Source: an uncultured Prevotella sp. (GTDB taxonomy: Bacteria; Bacteroidota; Bacteroidia; Bacteroidales; Bacteroidaceae). Taken from it: a stretch of DNA of 64,000 bases. A program made the position numbers and the translations under genes. Under the pieces are notes generated by a model that was given only the letters and a program-made list of their open reading frames with translations, did no database searches and was not told the origin of the DNA. The DNA lies in the NCBI GenBank assembly GCA_905233165.1, contig CAJODL010000001.1:563927-627926 (forward strand), read 5' to 3'. This document shows positions 36,641-44,243 of this stretch, in pieces; positions within the stretch are counted from its first letter, which is position 1, and every line of letters begins with the position of its first letter.

Positions 36641-36676
36641 GTCGTAAAAGTCGTAAAAGTCGTTTTTGTCGTTTTA
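36641..36676 (+). repeat. array of four 9-bp iteron-like units (GTCGTAAAA x2, GTCGTTTTT, GTCGTTTTA)
   Basis: Read directly. Units 2-4 recur exactly at 46736-46762, and the array recurs in inverted form at 36846-36881. Confidence 0.9.
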
Positions 36677-36732
36677 GGGTTGCGGGCACGCATACGCATA
36701 TATATATATTATTAAATCTATTACTCACCCCC

Positions 36733-36752
36733 ATATAATATTAATATTATAT
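36733..36752. repeat. 20-bp perfect AT-only palindrome (atataatattaatattatat)
   Basis: Self-complementary. Lies between the two inverted 9-mer arrays, next to a (ta)n run at about 36699-36709. Confidence 0.9.
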
Positions 36753-36845
36753 CTCCCCCCTCTCTCTTCCTTTGCTTTTTACATTAGCATGTTATGTTTT
36801 TATCAAATCCAAAAGATGAAATAACAACAGGTTGCCAGAAAATGT

Positions 36846-36881
36846 AAAAACGACAAAAACGACAAAAACGACCAAAACGAC
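36846..36881 (-). repeat. array of four 9-bp units in inverted orientation (AAAAACGAC x3, CAAAACGAC)
   Basis: Reverse complement is GTCGTTTTG, then GTCGTTTTT x3. The 17-bp core gtcgtttttgtcgtttt is shared with the left array. Confidence 0.9.
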
Positions 36882-36893
36882 TGTTGATAAAAA

Positions 36894-36914
36894 CTTTAAA
36901 CTCTAAACTAAAAA
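36894..36914. repeat. heptad tract (ctttaaa ctctaaa ctaaaaa)
   Basis: Three 7-mers just after the right 9-mer array. Confidence 0.7.
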
Positions 36915-36951
36915 AACGAAGTGATTTTTTGCAGATATGGGGAAAAAGTAG

Positions 36952-36959
36952 TAAATTTG
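36952..36959 (+). promoter_or_regulatory. -7 box (TAaaTTTG) upstream of the RM-like pair
   Basis: taaatttg lies about 320 nt upstream of ATG 37279, which implies a long leader. Confidence 0.35.
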
Positions 36960-37278
36960 CAACCGCATCACACGATTACGATTGTGTGTTGAAGAGTGTG
37001 TAAGCGTACATTACTCGCAAATCTTAAGGGTTAAAATTAAAGACATTAGCAGTTATTAGGAGAACATAGAAACCTGAGAAATTTCTAAAATCCAAGCGAC
37101 CGATAGTTGTGAATGCCTGCGCTTATAGCGTGGACGTCACTTATCAGTTTGGTGGGCAATCTCAGGGCCTCTATGTTCGATAAGGAGCGGACACGCTTTT
37201 ATCGTGTATAGAGGTCTTGACGTTTTCAAGTCCCAAAGAATTCCGATAAGTGCTTTTGCCATTAGTTATAAGCACATT

Positions 37279-38331
37279 ATGTCCTCAAAGACCAAAGAGC
37301 CGTTGAATGTTGACGGCAAACTTCCCTATGTTGACATTCGGGAAGATGATCTGCGTAATATTTCGGAGGATGTATTAGAAGCACTTCTTCGAGACCATAC
37401 TACGCAGAAGAATATATTTTGGGCTACTCATGATTATGAGGAGTTAGGTGAAGGATATGAATACCATTCACCAATATTACCAAACCTAATCACTAAAGAA
37501 AATGGCTTGGTAATAAGACCTCGTGTGTTGAAAACAAAGGAAGAGCAAACAGCTCGTGCAAAGGGTAAAGCAGAAGTCTTTACTCCTTCGTGGGTTTGTA
37601 ATGCCCAGAACAATCTGGTTGATGAAGCATGGTTTGGAAGAAAGAATGTTTTCAATACAGAAAATTCTGCTAATCATACTTGGAGAGTAAACCATAACAA
37701 AATAGAGTTTCCAGAAGGTAAGACTTGGAGAGACTATGTGAAGGCTACTCGCATGGAGATAACTTGCGGTGAAGCTCCTTATCTTGTCAGTCGTTATGAT
37801 ACAACTACAGGCGAACCAATACCACTTGAAAGACGCATTGGTATTTTAGATAGAAAACTTCGTGTTGTAAGCGAAAATACTACCACTACCACACAATGGC
37901 TACAATGGGCCAGAGAGGCTTATAAAAGCACTTATGGATATGAGTGGCAAGGAGATAATCTCTTGCTTGCCAGAGAGGCTCTTTTGTGGAGTTTCTATGA
38001 GTATTATTATGCAAAGTTTGGCAAGAAACCACAAACCAAGTCAATGAAGTTTATTGCCTATATTGTTTCGTGGAATATATGGCAGATGGATGGCTTAAGG
38101 TGTGTGGTTCCTGATTCGTGCAAACATGGAGTAATAGAGAAGATACAAACCCTCTTTGGTGAAGAAGAAACCAAAGTAACTTGTCCTGGTTGTAATGAAG
38201 ATGATATTCATAAACACAATGGTATTTACTGCCTCATAAGAGATTGGGGAGTAAAGGACTTATGGACGAGAGAGAATAACAGAAAGATACGTTTTGTTGA
38301 CCTAATAACAGAAGAAGATGGCGACATTTGA
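37279..38331 (+). CDS. 350-aa partner protein of the helicase-methyltransferase fusion; MTase-like motif remnants plus a C-terminal Cys/His cluster; function unknown
   Basis: AEVFTPSWVCNAQNNL (motif X-like), EITCGEAPYL (degenerate motif I/IV-like, 37768-37782), C..H...CPGC..H.H...C. ATG 37279 preferred over GTG 37204. The 3' end overlaps the next gene by 14 nt. Confidence 0.65.
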   Translation: MSSKTKEPLNVDGKLPYVDIREDDLRNISEDVLEALLRDHTTQKNIFWATHDYEELGEGYEYHSPILPNLITKENGLVIRPRVLKTKEEQTARAKGKAEVFTPSWVCNAQNNLVDEAWFGRKNVFNTENSANHTWRVNHNKIEFPEGKTWRDYVKATRMEITCGEAPYLVSRYDTTTGEPIPLERRIGILDRKLRVVSENTTTTTQWLQWAREAYKSTYGYEWQGDNLLLAREALLWSFYEYYYAKFGKKPQTKSMKFIAYIVSWNIWQMDGLRCVVPDSCKHGVIEKIQTLFGEEETKVTCPGCNEDDIHKHNGIYCLIRDWGVKDLWTRENNRKIRFVDLITEEDGDI

Positions 38332-41300
38332 ATCATCATTAAAATCAAAACTGATTTATGTTTTTGCAATCCCAGATGAACGTCACAAGGATTGCCTAAA
38401 AATTGGAGAAACCACCATTGATGAAGATGATGGCAGTAATCTCTTTAATAATTCAGAAGTTCTACAGGAAGCAGCCCATCGTCGTATACGCCAATATACC
38501 AAGACGGCAGGCATAGCGTACCAGTTGCTATATACTGAGATAAGTATCTTCATGCATAGTGGCATGATAATGTCTTTTAATGACAAACAGGTGCATCATG
38601 TCTTGGAACGCTCTGGTATCAAGAAGAAGGAGTTTGACAACGTCAAAGGAGCCGATGAGTGGTATTGTTGCGACTTGGAAACTGTCAAGAAAGCAATACA
38701 AGCCATAAAACATGGCGAGACAAGCCTAAAGCCTTCAGATGTAACACAAGGACTTACCCCAATAATCTTCCGTCCAGAACAAAGAGAAGCTATAGACAAA
38801 ACACGCAAGCGCTTCAAAAAAGGCAACAATATGCTTTGGAATGCCAAGATGCGTTTTGGCAAGACTCTTTCTGCATTGCAACTTGTTAAGGAGGAGGAGT
38901 TTACAAGGACTCTTATATTGACCCATCGTCCTGTAGTCGATGAAGGTTGGTTTGAAGACTTCAATAAAATATTCTATGATCGTGATGACTATAAATATGG
39001 TTCACGGAATAAAGGCGAAGACTTCAACAAGTTAGAAAAACATTGTCCCAAGCAAAAGTACGTTTATTTTGCTTCTATGCAAGACCTGAGAGGCTCCGAA
39101 CAAGTAGGCGGCAAGTTTGATAAGAACGATAAAATCTTCTCCACTCCTTGGGATTTTATAATAATAGATGAAGCTCACGAAGGTACAAAGACAGAATTAG
39201 GGCAAAACGTAATAACAGAACTTATAAAGCCAACCACAAAAGTATTGCAGCTGTCAGGTACTCCATTTAACCTATTTGATGATTACACTGAGAACGAAAT
39301 CTTCACTTGGGATTATGTAATGGAGCAGAAAGCAAAACAGACTTGGGCAGTAGATAATCCATATGAGCCTAATCCATATGTTTCTTTGCCAGCAATAAAT
39401 ATATATACATACGACCTTGGAAACCTCATGTCTGAATATGCAGAGGATGAAAAGGCATTTAACTTCAAAGAATTTTTCAGGACAAGAGATGATGGTTCGT
39501 TTATCCATGATAATGATATAGACCGTTTTCTTGTGTTACTATGCAAGGAAGACAAAGACAGCCTCTATCCATATAGCAACGAAACATTCCGCAGGACATT
39601 CCGCCACACACTTTGGCTTGTGCCAGGAGTGAAATCAGCAAGGGCTTTGAGTGCAAAGCTTCAGTCACATCCTGTTTTTGGTAACTTCAAGATTGTCAAT
39701 GTTGCAGGAAATGGTGATGAAGATGAAGAGAATGACGAGGCATTACAGATGGTTAACAAGGCTATAGGTAGTGACCCAAGTCAGACCTATACCATTACAT
39801 TAAGTTGTGGAAGACTTACAACTGGTGTCAGCATCAAGCCTTGGACAGCAGTATTTATGATGGCAGGTTCTTTCAGTACTTCTGCAGCACAATATATGCA
39901 AACAATCTTCCGTGTCCAGACTCCTTTTGAATGTAATGGAAGGATGAAGGAACAATGTTATGCTTTCGACTTTGCTCCAGATAGGACGTTGAGAGTACTT
40001 GCAGAAGCAGCAAAGGTTTCAACCAAAGCAGGCAAACAATCGGATGAAGACCGAAGAATACTTGGCGATTTTCTGAACTTCTGTCCTATAATCTCCATCG
40101 ATGGCTCTCAGATGAAGCCATACGATGTGAACAAGATGATGAGCCAACTGAAAAAGGCTCAAATAGAACGTGTAGTACAAGGAGGTTTTGAAGATGTTGC
40201 CCTATATAATGATGAACTGCTGAAGCTAACAGATGTAGATTTAAAAGAATTTGCCAATCTGAAGAAGATAATCGGCTCTACGAAGGCTATGGCAAAGACT
40301 GCCGACATAGATGTAAATAATCAAGGCTTTACGAATGAGGAATACGAAGAGAAGGAACGCCTAGAGAAGAAACCAAAGAAGCAGCTTACACCTGAGGAAT
40401 TGGAACGTCTGAGAGAACTCAAGGAGAAGAATAATGAGCGGAAGAACGCTATCAGTATCCTTCGTGGAATTTCTATTCGAATGCCATTGCTTATCTATGG
40501 AGCAGAATTAAAGAATGAGGAAGACGAAATAACAATAGATAATTTTGCAACACTTGTTGATGACCAGTCATGGGAAGAATTTATGCCCAAAGGTGTTGAT
40601 AAGAAATACTTTGAAAAGTTCAAAAAATACTATGACCCAGACATATTCCGAGAGTCAGGAAAGCGAATTCGCGAAATGGCTCGTACAGCTGACAAGTTTA
40701 CTATTGAAGAGCGCATAGAACGTATTTCAGCCATCTTCAACACTTTCCGTAATCCAGACAAAGAAACCGTTTTAACTCCTTGGAGAGTAGTTAATATGCA
40801 TATGAGTGATTGCCTTGGAGGCTGGTGTTTCTATGATAAGAATTTTGAACATACTTTGGATGTTCCAAGATATGTAAATCAAGGCAAGGTGACGAAAGAC
40901 GTATTCCGTCCAGACAGCCATATTTTGGAAATAAATTCAAAGAGTGGTCTTTATCCGCTTTATGTTGCTTATAACATTTATCGCAGCAGAGTCGAGGCAG
41001 CAAAGGAGAAATACGGAGATGTTAGTCACGGCTTTGCTATGCAGCTATGGGATGCAACAATAGAGGAGAATGTCCTTGTGGTATGTAAAACCCCTATGGC
41101 GAAAAGTATAACCAAGCGCACCCTTGCAGGATTCCGTAATACAAGGGTGAATGCACAATATTATCCTAACCTTATAGAAAACATTTCAGAGAAGCCTGAA
41201 CTAGTAATCAATACCCTTCGTGATGGCAAACGCTTCTGGAAAATAAATCAAGATGAAACAATGAAAATAGACGCAATAGTAGGAAATCCGCCGTATCAGG

Positions 41301-42232
41301 TAAATGTGGGAATAAAAAAAGATAACTATGGAGTTCTAATTTTTGATAAATTTGTTCAGCTCTCAAAAAAAATGACTCCAAACTATATTTCAATGATTAT
41401 GCCATCTCGCTGGTTTACAGGAGGTAGAGGATTGGATACCTTCCGAGATGAAATGCTGAATGATAGAAGAATTTCTTTTATCAAAGATTTTGTTGATTCT
41501 AAAGAATGTTTCCCTGGAGTCGATATAGCTGGTGGTATTTGCTACTTTTTATGGGATAAGAAACACAATAGTGATTGTACTTTTGTTAGCCGAATAAGAG
41601 GAAAAGATACTAAAACTGTGAGAAAACTCAATGAATATGAATTATTCCCTCGTTATAATGAGGCTCTTTCTATTATAAGAAAAGTCACGGAGAAAAAAGA
41701 AAAAAACTTTTCTACTACAGTGGGACCTCAAACAGCATTTGGTTTTATTACGACATTTAGAAGCACTACAGAATACTTTGATGATGCTATTGCTTTATAT
41801 ACAAGTGGAGGCATAAATTATGTTAAAAGGGAGGAGGTCAAAAAAGCACAAGAGTGGATTGATTTATATAAAGTTATATTTTCAACAGCAACTGCTGAAC
41901 ATGCAGGTACACCAGATAAGAGTGGAAAATATAGAGTACTTTCATCCTTACGAATAATAAAACCTAAGGAAATATGTTCTCAAAGTTATTTTGTTGGGAA
42001 CGTTTTTAAAACACATGACGAGGCTGTTAATTGTATGGAATACTTGAAGACAAAATTTGTTAGATTCCTTTTACAACAATTAATAACAGGACAACATTTA
42101 AGTGCTGATAAATTTAGATTCGTCCCACTTCAGGATTTTACCCATTCTTGGACAGACGAAATGTTATACAAGAAATACAAATTTAATGAAGAAGAAATAT
42201 TGTTCATTGAATCCATGATAAAACCAATGTAA
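38318..42232 (+). CDS. 1304-aa fusion: T5orf172 (GIY-YIG superfamily) domain, SF2/ResIII DEAH helicase, coiled-coil linker and gamma-class N6-adenine DNA methyltransferase (Eco57I/TaqI-like) with a C-terminal TRD-like region
   Basis: LIYVFAI..LKIGETT..RRIRQY..DEWY; FGKT (GKT at 38858-38866); IIIDEAHEG (DEAH at 39167-39178); LSGTPF; TPWRVVNMH, ILEINSKSGLY, DAIVGNPPYQ (NPPY at 41285-41296). Confidence 0.85.
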   Translation: MATFESSLKSKLIYVFAIPDERHKDCLKIGETTIDEDDGSNLFNNSEVLQEAAHRRIRQYTKTAGIAYQLLYTEISIFMHSGMIMSFNDKQVHHVLERSGIKKKEFDNVKGADEWYCCDLETVKKAIQAIKHGETSLKPSDVTQGLTPIIFRPEQREAIDKTRKRFKKGNNMLWNAKMRFGKTLSALQLVKEEEFTRTLILTHRPVVDEGWFEDFNKIFYDRDDYKYGSRNKGEDFNKLEKHCPKQKYVYFASMQDLRGSEQVGGKFDKNDKIFSTPWDFIIIDEAHEGTKTELGQNVITELIKPTTKVLQLSGTPFNLFDDYTENEIFTWDYVMEQKAKQTWAVDNPYEPNPYVSLPAINIYTYDLGNLMSEYAEDEKAFNFKEFFRTRDDGSFIHDNDIDRFLVLLCKEDKDSLYPYSNETFRRTFRHTLWLVPGVKSARALSAKLQSHPVFGNFKIVNVAGNGDEDEENDEALQMVNKAIGSDPSQTYTITLSCGRLTTGVSIKPWTAVFMMAGSFSTSAAQYMQTIFRVQTPFECNGRMKEQCYAFDFAPDRTLRVLAEAAKVSTKAGKQSDEDRRILGDFLNFCPIISIDGSQMKPYDVNKMMSQLKKAQIERVVQGGFEDVALYNDELLKLTDVDLKEFANLKKIIGSTKAMAKTADIDVNNQGFTNEEYEEKERLEKKPKKQLTPEELERLRELKEKNNERKNAISILRGISIRMPLLIYGAELKNEEDEITIDNFATLVDDQSWEEFMPKGVDKKYFEKFKKYYDPDIFRESGKRIREMARTADKFTIEERIERISAIFNTFRNPDKETVLTPWRVVNMHMSDCLGGWCFYDKNFEHTLDVPRYVNQGKVTKDVFRPDSHILEINSKSGLYPLYVAYNIYRSRVEAAKEKYGDVSHGFAMQLWDATIEENVLVVCKTPMAKSITKRTLAGFRNTRVNAQYYPNLIENISEKPELVINTLRDGKRFWKINQDETMKIDAIVGNPPYQVNVGIKKDNYGVLIFDKFVQLSKKMTPNYISMIMPSRWFTGGRGLDTFRDEMLNDRRISFIKDFVDSKECFPGVDIAGGICYFLWDKKHNSDCTFVSRIRGKDTKTVRKLNEYELFPRYNEALSIIRKVTEKKEKNFSTTVGPQTAFGFITTFRSTTEYFDDAIALYTSGGINYVKREEVKKAQEWIDLYKVIFSTATAEHAGTPDKSGKYRVLSSLRIIKPKEICSQSYFVGNVFKTHDEAVNCMEYLKTKFVRFLLQQLITGQHLSADKFRFVPLQDFTHSWTDEMLYKKYKFNEEEILFIESMIKPM

Positions 42233-42341
42233 AATTGAAAAAAAAATATTGTCTCTACAATAATTTGCAGAGTCAAATGTTAAAATGTATCAAAAAAACC
42301 TCTGGTAAGAGGATGGGTTATTTTTGTAAATAATTTTTTTG

Positions 42342-42349
42342 TAACTTTG
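42342..42349 (+). promoter_or_regulatory. -7 box (TAacTTTG) for the 42373 gene
   Basis: taactttg lies 24 nt upstream of ATG 42373. Confidence 0.45.
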
Positions 42350-42372
42350 CACGAGGCAAAAAAAATAAAGAA

Positions 42373-42885
42373 ATGACTCAGAAAGAAGCATTGGAACAGG
42401 CTCTTAAAGATTTAGGTGGACGCGCTCCGCTAAAAGATATCTATCCTATAGCATTAAAGTATTGTACACATAAAGAGGGCAGTAAAATAAAGGAAGCATT
42501 AAGATCATGTATACATAGGGATCGAAGTAAATTCATCCCTTCACCAGGCAAACCTGTTGGCTGGTGGGAGTTAACATCATTTCAGGAAGATGTTGCCCAA
42601 ATGAAGACTCACATCCAAGAGTTAGAAGAGGAAAATGAAAGATTGAGAAAAGTTCCTACGGAAGATGATTTCGTAGAGAGATTTATAAAGCAAGTGAAGA
42701 CTTTTCTAAAACGTGATAAGAAGTCAGTTGACGAGATAAGGAAGATATTAGTGGCATTAAATCGTGCAGATGCTGCAAAAGATCTTGATAACTGGATAGA
42801 AGAGAATGATACTCCTTTGCTGTCTATCGGTTCAGCAAGTGACATCATAGAGAGAGGTGGAAAGAAAATAGTTAATAACAGATAG
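42373..42885 (+). CDS. winged-helix (Mrr_N/HARE-HTH-like) plus coiled-coil protein
   Basis: N-terminal QKEALEQALKDLGGRAPLKDIYPIAL... resembles restriction-system N-terminal wHTH domains. Central region is heptad-rich (QELEEENERLRK). Confidence 0.55.
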   Translation: MTQKEALEQALKDLGGRAPLKDIYPIALKYCTHKEGSKIKEALRSCIHRDRSKFIPSPGKPVGWWELTSFQEDVAQMKTHIQELEEENERLRKVPTEDDFVERFIKQVKTFLKRDKKSVDEIRKILVALNRADAAKDLDNWIEENDTPLLSIGSASDIIERGGKKIVNNR

Positions 42886-42894
42886 AGAAAGACA

Positions 42895-43311
42895 ATGTCT
42901 ATATACATAAGAGGTAATGTGATCGGCGACGTCATAGAAGCTGGGGCAGTGAAGAATGAGACTCACTACCACTATGAGGGTGAGCAGAAAGCGGAGGAAA
43001 AACAAGGCAATATCAACAACGTAAATGAATTGCCTAAAGAACTTCTGACGGATGAGGCCCAGGTGTTGTGGCAAAGTCTAAGAGATAATGGATTTATTGT
43101 TGCTGATGGTTATGATTTGGCTAAAGGTGTGTCAAGCAACCAAGCGACTTACATAGCTGATTGTATGGCTGAAAGGCTGGATATCCAAAACAAATGGAAG
43201 GTGTTTGAACAGTTATGGGGTATTAAACATATGGCTCAGATGGCTGGATCTTGGAAACAAACAGGCAAGGAACCATCCCGCGCAAATGAAATTCGAGAGC
43301 TTTTAGAATAG
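42895..43311 (+). CDS. hypothetical protein (138 aa)
   Basis: ORF lies 10 nt after the previous stop. No recognised motif. Confidence 0.5.
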   Translation: MSIYIRGNVIGDVIEAGAVKNETHYHYEGEQKAEEKQGNINNVNELPKELLTDEAQVLWQSLRDNGFIVADGYDLAKGVSSNQATYIADCMAERLDIQNKWKVFEQLWGIKHMAQMAGSWKQTGKEPSRANEIRELLE

Positions 43312-43353
43312 GTTGAATATCAACCGATTAGGGTCTTATATAAGTCTTATGGT

Positions 43354-43379
43354 AGGTCTTATATAAGACCTTTTTTTTT
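43354..43379 (+). terminator. rho-independent terminator
   Basis: Palindrome aggtcttatataagacct followed by a T9 run. Confidence 0.6.
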
Positions 43380-43390
43380 GTCCCTTTATT

Positions 43391-43398
43391 TACCTTTG
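43391..43398 (+). promoter_or_regulatory. -7 box (TAccTTTG) for the replication-module genes
   Basis: tacctttg lies 75 nt upstream of ATG 43473. Confidence 0.45.
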
Positions 43399-43472
43399 CA
43401 CTCAGAAATCCAGAACAATTCTGGTCGTGCAAGGGAATAGTTCCATGTGCGTACATATTTAATAACAAAATT

Positions 43473-43757
43473 ATGGAAACAAAGATTTTAAAAGTGGTAC
43501 GTCAGGGCGAGGCCTTCAATGTACCGAGTAAGACGACTGAATCGGGAGAGATTCAGAAATGTAACATTGTGTTGAAAGAGCTTGGAAGCTCGAAGTACGA
43601 GAATGAGTATTCATGTGTCATGCTGGGCAACCTGGCCGGATGCAAATTTGCAGAGGGGAGCATCGTGGCAGCTACTCTGAAGTTCTCAACTCACGAAAAC
43701 AACGGTGCGACCTATCAGGACATCCTGGCAACGGACATTGTGACGGTTAAGGGTTAA
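43473..43757 (+). CDS. small OB-fold-like protein (DUF3127-like, from recall)
   Basis: 94 aa. The length and pattern (MExKILKVV....G......VLKE...... F.EG..V...L.F...E.NG..YQDI.A..I) resemble DUF3127. Confidence 0.45.
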   Translation: METKILKVVRQGEAFNVPSKTTESGEIQKCNIVLKELGSSKYENEYSCVMLGNLAGCKFAEGSIVAATLKFSTHENNGATYQDILATDIVTVKG

Positions 43758-43807
43758 AGGTTAACGGTTAAAGGTCTAAAACTTAATTTTCAATTTTCAA
43801 TTAACTT
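43745..43807. repeat. heptad tract (ggttaag ggttaaa ggttaac ggttaaa ggtctaa aacttaa ttttcaa ttttcaa ttaactt)
   Basis: Nine in-register 7-mers that start within the last codons of the 43473 gene. Confidence 0.85.
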
Positions 43808-43890
43808 GAGTTGAAGGGGAGGAGTCTTCACGTGATTAAAGATGGCCATCGGATTTCCGAAACTTCTCTCGCTAAAAACAACTCAAAGAA

Positions 43891-44235
43891 ATGATTAAAA
43901 AGATTTTTATAAAAAACGAAAAGCAAGTTATGAACGTCCTGAAGAAAGGACAAGTGGTGGAAGGTCGTTTGAGAATAGAAAGGGCAGATGATGGCAGAAT
44001 ATGCATATGCTTCAAGGCATGGGAACGTACTGCTCCGAAATGCGGACATCGTGACAGAGGCAAGATAATAATGAGGACTGAACATGGATGGGTGAAGGAA
44101 TCGAAGGAAAGGATTAAAACCTATGAGAGCGTGCCGAAAGACCTTGGCAAGCAGAAGGTCGTGGCAATACTGGATAGGGATACGTATGAGGCGTGTGACT
44201 TCCTTATGTCTTACTCGGAAACTAATAACTTTTAA
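43891..44235 (+). CDS. hypothetical basic protein (114 aa)
   Basis: ORF immediately upstream of the primase-helicase gene (8-nt gap). Confidence 0.45.
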   Translation: MIKKIFIKNEKQVMNVLKKGQVVEGRLRIERADDGRICICFKAWERTAPKCGHRDRGKIIMRTEHGWVKESKERIKTYESVPKDLGKQKVVAILDRDTYEACDFLMSYSETNNF

Positions 44236-44243
44236 TACCGAAT

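Noticed and set aside
36677-36845. Considered whether the 169-bp segment between the inverted 9-mer arrays is an invertible promoter (inverton), as in Bacteroides capsule loci.
   Set aside because: I found no TAnnTTTG -7 box on either strand inside the segment, and no site-specific recombinase gene nearby. The flanking repeats are multi-copy 9-mers rather than a single IR pair. An origin-like interpretation fits better, although inversion is not excluded.
36960-37278. Considered whether the structured non-coding stretch upstream of the RM-like pair is a retron msr/msd or a DGR template region.
   Set aside because: No reverse transcriptase gene is present anywhere in the window, and there is no template/variable repeat pair.
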